The notes under the pieces are model-generated. The model was given only the letters and a program-made list of their open reading frames with translations, made no database searches and had not been told where the DNA came from. A program made the position numbers and the translations under genes. Shown here one piece after another: positions 35,597 through 45,064 of a stretch of 64,000 nucleotides of DNA (the first letter of the stretch is position 1; every line of letters starts with the position of its first letter). The DNA is taken from positions 5,417 through 69,416 of the forward strand of contig JAAXHD010000105.1 in assembly GCA_012271015.1 (NCBI GenBank). Direction: 5' to 3'. The stretch comes from Candidatus Poribacteria bacterium (lineage in GTDB: Bacteria; Poribacteria; WGA-4E; WGA-3G).

Positions 35597-36694
35597 ATGA
35601 AGTCAATTAAAATTGTGGGAAAAAAGTTCAAATTGGCATCCCGACTGACACGGTTATACGCGCTCTTTATAGATATTGCAATCTTAGGTGCCGTGCAATC
35701 AGTTTTCGGACTGCTTTTATCGGTTGCAATGATTCTGTTTCTCCCGACAGGACCCTCCGATGTATCCCGATCGTTGCTAACGGGACTTGGACTCGGCACC
35801 TTTGTAGCTTTGTTCAGTGCTGTCTTGTGGATATTGGGTCTGTTTTTTATCGACGGATTCAGGAAGGGTCAAGGCATAGGGAAAAAGTTGTTGTCGTTAC
35901 AAGTGGTTCGTCTGAAAGACGGTAAACCGTGTACTTTCAAAGATGCTTTCCTTCGTCGATTCGCAGGTATCTTTCAGCCATTTGACTTACTCTGGTTCCT
36001 TGGGGAGAAACAACAACGCCTCGGAGATAAATTCGCAGAGACGGTTGTTGTGCAATATGAGCCGGAATCGGAACAGACCGAGGTTGAAACTGAAGATCCG
36101 GAGAGTGTATTAGAGAGCGTTATCGTTGAGATGAAAAACCGACTTTCAGAAGCACGTGGAAAAGTTAATGCTTCTATCGGTGTTGAAAAACAATTTCAGG
36201 ATGCTTATGAAAGTGCTGTATCCCAAGCGGAACGGTGGCAAGAACGCGCTGTTATTGCTCTCAAAGCCGGACGTGAGGATTTGGCACGCGAAGACCTTGA
36301 AAAACGAAACGAATACCGACGATTGGCAGACAAACACAAAACGCAGTGGGAAGATCAGAAACAAATCGTCCGGGATCTCAGTGATCTCCTCGAACACCTT
36401 CAGCAGAAAATGATGGAAGCGGAGGGGAAAAAGACAGCCGTCGTAGCGAAACACAGGAACGTTGATGCCGAAGCACACCTCCGCGAGATGCTCAAAGAGA
36501 TACAGGACAGTAAAGCACTTGAAACGCTTACGAAAATGGATCAGGACGCGACTGAAGCAGCGACCTTGGCTAAAATGGCGGCTGAGGTGGATGTCGCGTA
36601 TCAGGATGCGAAATTGGAGCGTGAATTTTCGAGTTATGCTGAAGAGGCATCGCTTGATAAGGACCTCGCTGAATTAAAGGCGAAATTACAATAG
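35597..36694 (+). CDS. RDD-domain membrane anchor fused to a PspA/IM30 (ESCRT-III-like) coiled-coil domain, copy 2 (intact)
   Basis: The RDD part has LASRLTRLYALFIDIAILG, three hydrophobic segments and IDGFRKGQGIGKKLLSLQVVRLKDG. The PspA part has ERWQERAVIALKAGREDLAREDLEKRNEY (compare E. coli W.EKA..AL..REDLAR.AL) followed by long heptad-rich helices. Confidence 0.7.
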   Translation: MKSIKIVGKKFKLASRLTRLYALFIDIAILGAVQSVFGLLLSVAMILFLPTGPSDVSRSLLTGLGLGTFVALFSAVLWILGLFFIDGFRKGQGIGKKLLSLQVVRLKDGKPCTFKDAFLRRFAGIFQPFDLLWFLGEKQQRLGDKFAETVVVQYEPESEQTEVETEDPESVLESVIVEMKNRLSEARGKVNASIGVEKQFQDAYESAVSQAERWQERAVIALKAGREDLAREDLEKRNEYRRLADKHKTQWEDQKQIVRDLSDLLEHLQQKMMEAEGKKTAVVAKHRNVDAEAHLREMLKEIQDSKALETLTKMDQDATEAATLAKMAAEVDVAYQDAKLEREFSSYAEEASLDKDLAELKAKLQ

Positions 36695-36730
36695 GCGAGC
36701 CTATAATCGCCAGACCCCTTTAGGAATTAT

Positions 36731-38203
36731 ATGGATACACACAATTCTCCAAATATTATTTTTATCATGGCAGATGACATGGGATATGGTGATGTCGGCT
36801 GCTACAACTCTGATTCAAAGATTCCCACCCCGAATATGGATAAACTCTCGCAGGAGGGAATTCGCTTTACTGATGCACACTCCCCCTCTGCAGTTTGCAC
36901 GCCGACCCGATATGGCGTCTTAACAGGACGGTATTGCTGGCGAAGTCGTCTCAAACACGGTGTGCTCTATGGGTATGAGCCACCTCTTATCGAACCCGAA
37001 CGTCTAACGGTCCCTCAATTGCTGAAAGATACGGGTTACAACACTGCATGCGTCGGTAAATGGCATTTAGGTCTTGAATTCTCTACGGTCCCGGGATACG
37101 ATTTCGATTTCCATGCGCCTCTGCCGTGGCAGAATGCAGAACGCGAATTGGAAGAGCATATTGACTTCACTGCGCCATTAATCGGTGGTCCAATAGATCT
37201 TGGCTTTGACTATTTCTATGGAAACGCTGGTTGTCCGACTTGCCAACCTCCTTACGGCTTCATTGAGAACGACACATTTGTCGAGATCCCGAGCGTCTAT
37301 CATGACGTGCCAGAATTTACGAGCCGCCGCGGAATGATGGTTCCAGGGTGGGAACATAAGGATGCTGATCCGATTATCGCGCAGAAGGCGGTTGAATATA
37401 TTGAGAGACAAGCCGATGCAGATGCCCCCTTCTTCCTCTATTTGACTCCTTCCGCACCCCATGAACCTTGTACAGAGGCAGTCGTTCCAGATTTCGCACG
37501 TGGGAAAAGCAGTGCGGGTCCTCGTGGGGATATGGTGTGGCTTGTCGATTGGATGGTAGGCGAGGTGATGGATGCCTTAGAACGTACCGGCAAAACCGAT
37601 GAGACACTCATCTTTGTCACGAGCGATAACGGTGCATTGCCCGGCGACCGAATCCAAGGCGACAATAGTCCAATGCCGTATCATCTCTACGACCATAAGT
37701 CGTGCGGCGACTGGCGCGGCTATAAAGCGCATATCTGGGAGGGTGGACATCGTGAGCCGCTGATTGCGCGCTGGCCCGGGGTTATCGCACCAAGGACACA
37801 AACCGACGCATTGACGTGTCTCACGGACCTGATGGCGACGTGTGCGGCTATTGTTGGGACAGAAATCCCTGACGATGCCGGACAGGACAGCTGTAATGTT
37901 TTACCTACGCTGTTAGGTGAAGAAACAGAGAATCCCTTGCGGGAGGCTATCGTGCATCACTCCAGTACGGGTGTTTTTTCTATCCGTCAGGGTGAGTGGA
38001 AGTTGATACTGGGTACGCAAGGCTCAGGCGGATGGCCCCCGCCTCGCGACGGCGGTCCAAACCCAGATGTCCCTGGGCAACTGTATCAGATTTATGAGGA
38101 TCCGAGTGAAACAAACAACCTGTGGAACAAACACCCGGAGATTGTGGAACGCCTGACAGCGTTACTGGAGAAGTTTGAACAAGACGGACACAGTCGGATG
38201 TGA
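36731..38203 (+). CDS. sulfatase (Cys-type), no signal peptide
   Basis: PNIIFIMADDMGYGD and SAVCTPTRYGVLTGRY (C-x-P-x-R). 490 aa. Confidence 0.85.
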   Translation: MDTHNSPNIIFIMADDMGYGDVGCYNSDSKIPTPNMDKLSQEGIRFTDAHSPSAVCTPTRYGVLTGRYCWRSRLKHGVLYGYEPPLIEPERLTVPQLLKDTGYNTACVGKWHLGLEFSTVPGYDFDFHAPLPWQNAERELEEHIDFTAPLIGGPIDLGFDYFYGNAGCPTCQPPYGFIENDTFVEIPSVYHDVPEFTSRRGMMVPGWEHKDADPIIAQKAVEYIERQADADAPFFLYLTPSAPHEPCTEAVVPDFARGKSSAGPRGDMVWLVDWMVGEVMDALERTGKTDETLIFVTSDNGALPGDRIQGDNSPMPYHLYDHKSCGDWRGYKAHIWEGGHREPLIARWPGVIAPRTQTDALTCLTDLMATCAAIVGTEIPDDAGQDSCNVLPTLLGEETENPLREAIVHHSSTGVFSIRQGEWKLILGTQGSGGWPPPRDGGPNPDVPGQLYQIYEDPSETNNLWNKHPEIVERLTALLEKFEQDGHSRM

Positions 38204-38274
38204 AAAGACTATGCATCCCATTACTTGGGGATCAAATGTTATAAGGAATGCAACTATGAATTGCATAAGGAGTT

Positions 38275-39117
38275 ATGACTATGGAAACTACTACGACACT
38301 TGATTCACTTTTCCGATTATCTGGTCCGTCGCAAGCGGATATCGACTCTTTTCATGACAATGGCTACATCGCGTATCCAGATGTGTTCACGGACGACGGT
38401 AGAGAAGGGTTGATTGAGGAAATCACGCAGCGTTTTGAACCGGCGCGCCAGTTCATTGAGGCGTTGCGTAACGGTGAGGAACAGGCACGCTCCTATTTTA
38501 CCCGTCCATGGAACGATCGCGGTGAATACAGTGATAGACTCATTGACGATCCCTTCATTACGGCACTCATACGTGCAACCATTGGAGACGCATACCACTT
38601 CTGCCATTCCGCCCTCAACATCGCACCCCGCGGGATCGGTCCACTTGGCTATCATCAGGACCATCACCATTGGAAACACGAGAACCCTGTTAACCTCGCA
38701 GAGCGTGATAACTACTACATCCAGATTCTGTACTATCCGAACGGCTTTACACGCGGTGATCGGAACCTCAAAGTTATCTCCGGCAGCCATAAGGTCGCAC
38801 CGACGAAAGAGGCAACACCGGAACGAATGCTCGCAGGTGATTTTGATAGGGAAGCTGGGCAGAAACTGGAAGAGAAACGGCTTGAATTGCCACCAGGGAG
38901 TATGGTCTATATTAATGCCCGCATCTTCCACGCGGTGGAGGCGAAACCTGTAGACTCCTCGCAGCTTTATCGTATCTTCGCTATTGACATCTTCAAGGAA
39001 GCGGGACCACCACACCGCTATACGCAGGAGATTCCCGCGGAATGGGTGGCAAGCGCGACACCGTTCCGTCAAAAATTATTTGACCGTGAGGCGTATACAG
39101 AAGGGTGTTGGAGCTGA
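38275..39117 (+). CDS. PhyH-family Fe(II)/2-oxoglutarate oxygenase
   Basis: FHDNGYI, GYHQDHHHW (H-x-D) and a distal RIFHAVE histidine. It sits between two sulfatase genes. Confidence 0.75.
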   Translation: MTMETTTTLDSLFRLSGPSQADIDSFHDNGYIAYPDVFTDDGREGLIEEITQRFEPARQFIEALRNGEEQARSYFTRPWNDRGEYSDRLIDDPFITALIRATIGDAYHFCHSALNIAPRGIGPLGYHQDHHHWKHENPVNLAERDNYYIQILYYPNGFTRGDRNLKVISGSHKVAPTKEATPERMLAGDFDREAGQKLEEKRLELPPGSMVYINARIFHAVEAKPVDSSQLYRIFAIDIFKEAGPPHRYTQEIPAEWVASATPFRQKLFDREAYTEGCWS

Positions 39118-39235
39118 GTTATCAGTCAGCCATCACCGATTATAGTAAAGTTTAGAATTAATTAGACACTCCGCACCGGCGAGGTTAGAAACCCCGCCTA
39201 CCAGGGGAGGGGCGAATGTCTATTTATTTTTCGGT

Positions 39236-39352
39236 TTTACTATAGTTTTAAGGTTTTTCTCCGACTGGCACGAAAAAGTCGCGATCAGGAGATCGCTCTT
39301 ACAGTGGATGCGATAAAACCGAAAATCCAAAATTTTGGAAAACTGAATGGCT
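39236..39352. mobile_element. MITE-like element, copy A (inverted relative to copy B at 48349-48472)
   Basis: Positions 39243-39343 align almost base for base with the reverse complement of 48361-48463: TAGTTTTAAGGTTTTT..GTCGCGATCAGGAG...TACAG.GGAT.CGATAAAA.CGAAAATCCAAAATTTTGGAAAAC. Only the central hairpin loop differs. Confidence 0.65.
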
Positions 39353-39374
39353 CTGAATGGCGTTGGTGATCTTA

Positions 39375-39403
39375 TTGACTTAATTCACTGTTTGCGGTAG
39401 AAT
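39375..39403 (+). promoter_or_regulatory. candidate sigma70-type promoter for the sulfatase gene at 39428
   Basis: TTGACT at 39375-39380, an exact 17-nt spacer, then TAGAAT at 39398-39403, 25 nt upstream of the ATG. Confidence 0.5.
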
Positions 39404-39427
39404 CGTTGCCAAAAACAGGGAGTTAAA

Positions 39428-41038
39428 ATGAGCACATCAGATCGCCCGAACATTCTTTGGATATCTGTAGAAGATACGACCCCGCGCTTCGGTTGTTATG
39501 GGGATACGGTCGCGCGAACACCAAATATCGACCGACTTGCTGCTGGAGGCTGTCGGTTTCCAAATGCGTTTTCGACCGCGGGTGTCTGCGCGCCGAGCCG
39601 TTCCGCAATCATTACCGGCATGTACCAGACCTCCATTGGTACGCATCATATGCGCACGACGCACACGAACCAAAACACGCCCGACATGCCGACCCCCTAT
39701 TCTGCAGTGCCACCGCCTTATGTCAAAACCTTTACTGAATATCTTAGGGGTGCAGGTTATTACTGCACGAACAACAGCAAGACCGATTATCAGTTTACAC
39801 CACCAATCACAGCTTGGGATGCGTGTAACAACACCGCACATTGGCGAAATCGTGAAGGGGGGCAATCCTTCTTTTCGGTCTTCAATCCGACTGTTACACA
39901 CGAGAGTGGCATGTGGGAACAGGAGGATCGTCCCTTGACCACAACTACGAATCCGGATGACGTAGAGTTACCGCCCTATCTGCCGGATACACCGAAAGCC
40001 CGGCAAGCGTTGGCACGTCAATACGATAATCTCGCTACTGCCGATGCACGTGTCGGAGAATTGCTTGACCAGCTGGAAGAAGATGGACTTGTGGAGAATA
40101 CTATCGTCTTTCTCTGGAGCGATCACGGCGAAGGACTCCCACGCGGCAAACGGTGGCCCTACGACGCTGGTATCCGTATCCCGTTGATTGTGCGCTGGCC
40201 CGGTTCGCTTTCTGCTGACAGTGTGAGTGATCAACTCGTGAGTCTGATCGATCTCGGTCCAACGGTTCTCTCTCTCTGTGGTGTACAAGCACCGGAACAT
40301 TTACAGGGACAACCCTTCCTCGGATCGGATAAAGTAGAACGCGACTACATTTTTGCGACCCGCGACCGTTACGACGAGTCTTACGATATGGTCCGTGCTG
40401 TGCGTGACAAGCGGTATAAATACATTAGGAATTACTATCCTGAAAAACCGTATCTACTCTGGATTCCCTACCGTAATCGGCACCCGATCATGCAGGAGAT
40501 GTGGCGGTTGTACGCCGCAGGCGAGTTGGAGCGGGATCAAGCGGTTATGTTCCGTTGCCCGCGTCCCACTGAAGAACTTTACGATGTTGAAAATGACAGG
40601 TATGAACTCAACAATTTGGCGGGTGATGTCGGACATCACGACGTTCTGGAAAGGATGCGTGGCACACTGACACAGTGGCAATCCGAATTCGGGGACATGG
40701 GGGACACACCGGAAGAGCAGATGGTTGCGACGTGGTACCCTGATGGCACACAACCTCAAACGGCGGCTCCAATTTTCATTCCGATTAATGCCGAACATCC
40801 CGGTACGGAGGTCGCACATGAAGGAGGTGAGTGGGCAGCCCCTGTCGTTTTGCAACTTCACTGTTCCACCCAAGGAGCATCAATTGCTTATACAACAGAG
40901 CAGGGCGATGACGCGCCTTGGAAACTGTATACCGATCCCTTGCGTCTATCGAAAGGTGAAACCACCGTGCGTGCAAAAGCAATCCGCATCGGCTATCGTG
41001 AAAGCGAAGAGAAAAAGATTCATCTCAAAGTTTCATAA
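39428..41038 (+). CDS. sulfatase (Cys-type), no signal peptide
   Basis: PNILWISVEDTTP and AGVCAPSRSAIITGMY (C-x-P-x-R). 536 aa with an extra C-terminal beta-rich domain. Confidence 0.85.
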   Translation: MSTSDRPNILWISVEDTTPRFGCYGDTVARTPNIDRLAAGGCRFPNAFSTAGVCAPSRSAIITGMYQTSIGTHHMRTTHTNQNTPDMPTPYSAVPPPYVKTFTEYLRGAGYYCTNNSKTDYQFTPPITAWDACNNTAHWRNREGGQSFFSVFNPTVTHESGMWEQEDRPLTTTTNPDDVELPPYLPDTPKARQALARQYDNLATADARVGELLDQLEEDGLVENTIVFLWSDHGEGLPRGKRWPYDAGIRIPLIVRWPGSLSADSVSDQLVSLIDLGPTVLSLCGVQAPEHLQGQPFLGSDKVERDYIFATRDRYDESYDMVRAVRDKRYKYIRNYYPEKPYLLWIPYRNRHPIMQEMWRLYAAGELERDQAVMFRCPRPTEELYDVENDRYELNNLAGDVGHHDVLERMRGTLTQWQSEFGDMGDTPEEQMVATWYPDGTQPQTAAPIFIPINAEHPGTEVAHEGGEWAAPVVLQLHCSTQGASIAYTTEQGDDAPWKLYTDPLRLSKGETTVRAKAIRIGYRESEEKKIHLKVS

Positions 41039-41238
41039 GGTTTTTAATTTATTGAATCTGGTCAGCGTTCCCTGTGCAAGTCTATAGAGGCTTGCAGGAC
41101 AATGTTACACGCTGGTTTTTGGTTAATTCAAGAAACCTATTTTAGGTGTAGAGTAACACTTGGCTTAGATGGAAACCACTGCGTAATATAATAGAGCAAT
41201 GCCTGAGAGCAATTATTCAAAAAAGGAGATTATTAATA

Positions 41239-42333
41239 ATGGCGGAACAAAATAGCCAAGACTATTTCGTTTATGTCGGTACCTATACGCAAGGGGACAG
41301 CGAAGGAATTTACGTCTATCGCTTAGACGGAGCGACCGGTGCCTTGGAATACAGCAGCAAGATAACAGGCGTTGAGAATCCGTCGTTTTTAGAGATACAT
41401 CCCAGTGGACAGTATCTCTTTGCTGTCAATGAGCTGGGCGAATTTGAGGGTGAAGACAGCGGCGCAGTCACAGCGTTTTACATTCATAAAGAGACAGGGG
41501 AGCTGAGTTATCTCAACCAGCGTGCTACTGGCGGTGGTGCTCCGTGTCATCTGAGTGCAGACGCTACCGGCAAATGCCTACTCGTGGCAAATTACGGTGG
41601 TGGGAGCGTTACTGCCTTCCCCATAGGATCGGATGGCAGGCTCGGTGAAGCCTCCGATTTTGTGCAACATGAAGGATCCAGTATCAATCCACAACGGCAG
41701 ATGGAACCTCATGCACATGCAATTATGATTGACCCAGACAATTGTTATGCCTTTTCACCTGATTTGGGACTCGATAAAGTTCTCATCTATCAATTAGACA
41801 CCAAAAACGGGACGCTCACACCCAACACGCAACCGTGGGTACGCGTGCAACCGGGTGCGGGACCGCGGCATTTCGATTTCCATCCGAACGGACAGTACGC
41901 CTACGTGATTAACGAGATAGACTCGACTTTCACTGCCTTCCGGTACGACGCGAGCGCGGGAACGTTGGCTGAATTCCAAACAGTTTCCACGCTTCCCGAG
42001 GATTATGATGGCACCAGCCATTGTGCCGATATCCACGTTCATCCTTCTGGGAAATTCCTGTACGGATCGAACCGGGGACATGATAGCATTGCGATTTGCA
42101 CAATTGATTCAGAGACGGGAATGCTGAATCCCATCGGTTATGAATCGACACAAGGACAAACACCGCGAAACTTCGGATTGAATCCAGAAGGAACGTTTCT
42201 CTTTGCCGCTAACCAGCAGACTGATACGGTTGTTACGTTCGCAATCGATGCTGAAACTGGTGAATTAAATGCGACAGGAGACGTAGCAGAGGTGCCAACA
42301 CCGGTCTGTTTGAAGATGCTACCGTGTGGTTAA
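41239..42333 (+). CDS. lactonase, 7-bladed beta-propeller family (6-phosphogluconolactonase-like)
   Basis: YFVYVGTYT......GIYVYRLD, PSFLEIHPSG.YLFAVNE, repeated GAGPRHFDFHPNG.YAYVINE and PRNFGLNPEG.FLFAANQ blades. Confidence 0.8.
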   Translation: MAEQNSQDYFVYVGTYTQGDSEGIYVYRLDGATGALEYSSKITGVENPSFLEIHPSGQYLFAVNELGEFEGEDSGAVTAFYIHKETGELSYLNQRATGGGAPCHLSADATGKCLLVANYGGGSVTAFPIGSDGRLGEASDFVQHEGSSINPQRQMEPHAHAIMIDPDNCYAFSPDLGLDKVLIYQLDTKNGTLTPNTQPWVRVQPGAGPRHFDFHPNGQYAYVINEIDSTFTAFRYDASAGTLAEFQTVSTLPEDYDGTSHCADIHVHPSGKFLYGSNRGHDSIAICTIDSETGMLNPIGYESTQGQTPRNFGLNPEGTFLFAANQQTDTVVTFAIDAETGELNATGDVAEVPTPVCLKMLPCG

Positions 42334-42340
42334 TTTTTAA

Positions 42341-42413
42341 GGTAGCGGGCAGGCACAGAGACCTACCCGAACATGGTAGGTAGCGGGCAGGCACAGAGAC
42401 CTACCCGAACATG
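42341..42413. repeat. two tandem REP-family elements between convergent genes
   Basis: TAGCGGGCAGGCACAGAGACCTACCCGAACATG occurs twice with a period of about 38 nt. It shares GGCAGGCAC.G.GACC..CCCGAACA with the RAYT-flanking REPs. Confidence 0.65.
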
Positions 42414-42429
42414 TGTAGGTTGAATTATA

Positions 42430-44028
42430 CTATTGGCGTTGCCGTCTACGTTTCTCTTGGAGCCGATCCCACGGATAGATGAAACAGCGATCCGCCCAGT
42501 CTCGGTAAAGCCCAACAAGCTCATTTAACTTTTGGGGGTGCTTGGTAGCGAGATCGCTGATTTCTGTTCGTTCGGCTTCCACGTCGTAGAGTTCCCAATC
42601 GCCGGGGAATTTGCAAACCAGTTTCCATTTATCTTGACGGACAGCACAATTGCCCTCGTGCTCCCAATAAAGAACGTCCTTACCGTTATCCTTCCCATCG
42701 AAAATCGGGACCAAGCTTGTCCCCTCTAACGGCAAAATCGGTTTCCCATCGTGTTCTTCAGGGTAAGTTGCCCCTGAGACTTCAAGGCATGTCGCCATGA
42801 TGTCCGGCAATTGTCCGGGTTGATGACGCAACTCTCCTGCTGATTCTATAGCGTCTGGCCAATGTGCGATCAGTGGTGTAGCAATACCGCCTTCATGTAC
42901 CCAGTGTTTGTATTCACGAAACGGTGTATTGGACAGATTTGCCCACGGCACCCCGTAACTTTGATAGGTCGTCTCGGGACCGGGCATGATGCTCGGATCG
43001 TTGCCACGATAGACGGGTTGTCCGTCGGAGGTCGTTTCAGTGCTGATGAGTGAATCGCTGTCATGGATTGCGGGAGGTCCCCCGATCTCCTCAGCGCAAC
43101 CACCGTTATCAGCCAAAAACAGGATGAGCGTATTATCGAGTTCGCCCGTCTCTTCCAACGTGTTGATAATTCGCCCAATACCCACATCCATGCGGGTAAT
43201 TTGCGCGGCGTAAACCTCCATACGACGTTGATTCCATTCCTTGTATTGCGCGTCGCTCCAAGGTGGTTGTGAGGGATCACGTGCCGTAAGCTGCCATGCC
43301 TCGTCTAAAATCTTCATTTCCCGCATCCGTGAGAGTCTTTCCTCTCGTAATTCGTCCCATCCCGCCGCGAAACGTCCATTATAGTAGGCGATGTCTTCTT
43401 CGTGGGCGTGCAGGGGCCAATGCGGCGCGGTGTAAGCGACGTAGGTGAAAAACGGACTGTCGGGGTTCTTTTGGGTGTGATTACGGATAAAGGTCGTTGC
43501 TTCGTCGCTGATAGCATCTGTGAGGAAGTAACCTTCAGGGAGTTCATCGTGTCGGATGCGTGTGTTATTGCGCGTCAGTGTGTTCGGTTTCCAAAAATTT
43601 GCGGCACCCGTGATAATACCGTAGTATTGGTCGAACCCGCGCTGGCAGGGCCAACTGTGTTTAGGTGCATCAGCACCGGTATGCCGAGAGATATGCCACT
43701 TGCCGCTCATATAGGTCCCGTACCCCTCTGAACGGACAGCATCAGCAATGGTGATACAACGATCATTCAGATCGCCACGATAGCCTTCTAATCCATCGTC
43801 GCCCATCATGTGCCCGACCCCAGTTTGGTGCGGGTGTAGCCCGGTAAGCATGGAAGCACGGGATGGACAACAGCGTGCGGTATTATAGAATTGTGTGAAC
43901 CTCAGCCCACCTGCGCCAAGGCGATCCAGATTCGGGGTATGAACTTCGCCTCCGTAGCAACCTAAGTCAGAAAAACCCATATCGTCGTTCAGGATAAGAA
44001 CGATGTTGGGTTTTTTATTTTCATTCAT
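42430..44028 (-). CDS. arylsulfatase (Cys-type), no signal peptide
   Basis: KPNIVLILNDDMGFSDLGCYG and TARCCPSRASMLTGLHPHQTG (C-x-P-x-R). 532 aa. Confidence 0.85.
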   Translation of the reverse strand: MNENKKPNIVLILNDDMGFSDLGCYGGEVHTPNLDRLGAGGLRFTQFYNTARCCPSRASMLTGLHPHQTGVGHMMGDDGLEGYRGDLNDRCITIADAVRSEGYGTYMSGKWHISRHTGADAPKHSWPCQRGFDQYYGIITGAANFWKPNTLTRNNTRIRHDELPEGYFLTDAISDEATTFIRNHTQKNPDSPFFTYVAYTAPHWPLHAHEEDIAYYNGRFAAGWDELREERLSRMREMKILDEAWQLTARDPSQPPWSDAQYKEWNQRRMEVYAAQITRMDVGIGRIINTLEETGELDNTLILFLADNGGCAEEIGGPPAIHDSDSLISTETTSDGQPVYRGNDPSIMPGPETTYQSYGVPWANLSNTPFREYKHWVHEGGIATPLIAHWPDAIESAGELRHQPGQLPDIMATCLEVSGATYPEEHDGKPILPLEGTSLVPIFDGKDNGKDVLYWEHEGNCAVRQDKWKLVCKFPGDWELYDVEAERTEISDLATKHPQKLNELVGLYRDWADRCFIYPWDRLQEKRRRQRQ

Positions 44029-44119
44029 AGAATAACTATCCTTTTCGTTTTCACAGCGTCATTAATTTTAGGAAATCATCGGATTTCACGTTTTTTTGGG
44101 CGGTCGGATGCGGGAAATT

Positions 44120-44156
44120 GAGGAAACACCCCAGCAAAAACACCGCACCTACCGGG
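44120..44156. repeat. 24-nt core repeat fused to the CCGCACCTACCGGG tail
   Basis: GAGGAAACACCCCAGCAAAAACACCGCACCTACCGGG. The tail is identical to the 3' side of the hairpin at 23458-23472. Confidence 0.6.
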
Positions 44157-44384
44157 TCTGGTTCCTCAAAATCCTCCTAAAGAACGGAAAACTAAATGAA
44201 CCTATTGTTTTCAAAATTGGTATTGCTTTCAGTGATACGGTATGTTACTATACATTAAAAAGAGATCCATTTGAAAAAAGATACCTAACCTGAAAATATA
44301 CAGCAACTACAAAAGCCTGAAGGCTTTATGAAATGGAGCGTTGTAGAACGAATAAATGTCTCACAGATCTCTGGAGGTAAAAAG

Positions 44385-44987
44385 ATGATTGCGAATTTGA
44401 TTACACTCTTCCGTCTGATTCTGGTTTTCGTTGTGATCTCCCTCTTTGGTGTTCATGTCTACTTAGACATTCTGCTCGTGGGACTCATAGGTTTAATCCT
44501 ATTTCTTGACGCGGTTGACGGTTACGTTGCCCGACGACTCAATCAGACTTCTGATTTCGGTGCGTTATTCGACATCGTTGGCGACCGGATTGTCGAATGT
44601 ATCTTCTGGGTATACTTCGCCGTTGTTGGAGTGATTCCGTTTTGGATCCCAGTCATCGTAATTGCTCGCGGCTTCTTCACAGATGGTTTGCGAAGTGCCG
44701 CCTTTGCGCAAGGCAAAACCGCCTTTGGTGAAAACACGATGATGTCTTCCAAATGGACCCGTGCGCTCACCAGTTCACGAGCGAGTCGCAGCATCTATGG
44801 TATCACGAAAACTCTCGCCTTTCTTTACCTCGGTGGTGTCATTGTTTTCAAAAACTCGGGGGTCTTTCCCGAATTAGTTATCGGGCTGGAATTGGCTGGC
44901 GTGATTCTATCTACCGTGGCTGTTGCTATGTGCCTAATCCGCGGGATCCCTGTTTTGGTTGATGGTTGGAAATACGTTAAGGGTTAA
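44385..44987 (+). CDS. CDP-alcohol phosphatidyltransferase family protein
   Basis: Perfect D-x2-D-G-x2-A-R-x8-G-x3-D-x3-D motif (DAVDGYVARRLNQTSDFGALFDIVGD). Start is set at ATG 44385, with GGAGGT 6 nt upstream. Confidence 0.75.
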   Translation: MIANLITLFRLILVFVVISLFGVHVYLDILLVGLIGLILFLDAVDGYVARRLNQTSDFGALFDIVGDRIVECIFWVYFAVVGVIPFWIPVIVIARGFFTDGLRSAAFAQGKTAFGENTMMSSKWTRALTSSRASRSIYGITKTLAFLYLGGVIVFKNSGVFPELVIGLELAGVILSTVAVAMCLIRGIPVLVDGWKYVKG

Positions 44988-45064
44988 CGCTATTTTACTG
45001 TATCGTTTCTCAAGCCCATTTCCCGTGATCAGAGCGATCCCGAACGCCGAAGATTAGAGAACTA

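Noticed and set aside
38317-39072. 251-aa ORF antisense to the PhyH gene at 38275..39117.
   Set aside because: The sense strand carries clear PhyH motifs. The antisense product is Arg/Cys/Val-rich and low in information, which is typical of a shadow ORF in moderately GC-rich coding DNA.
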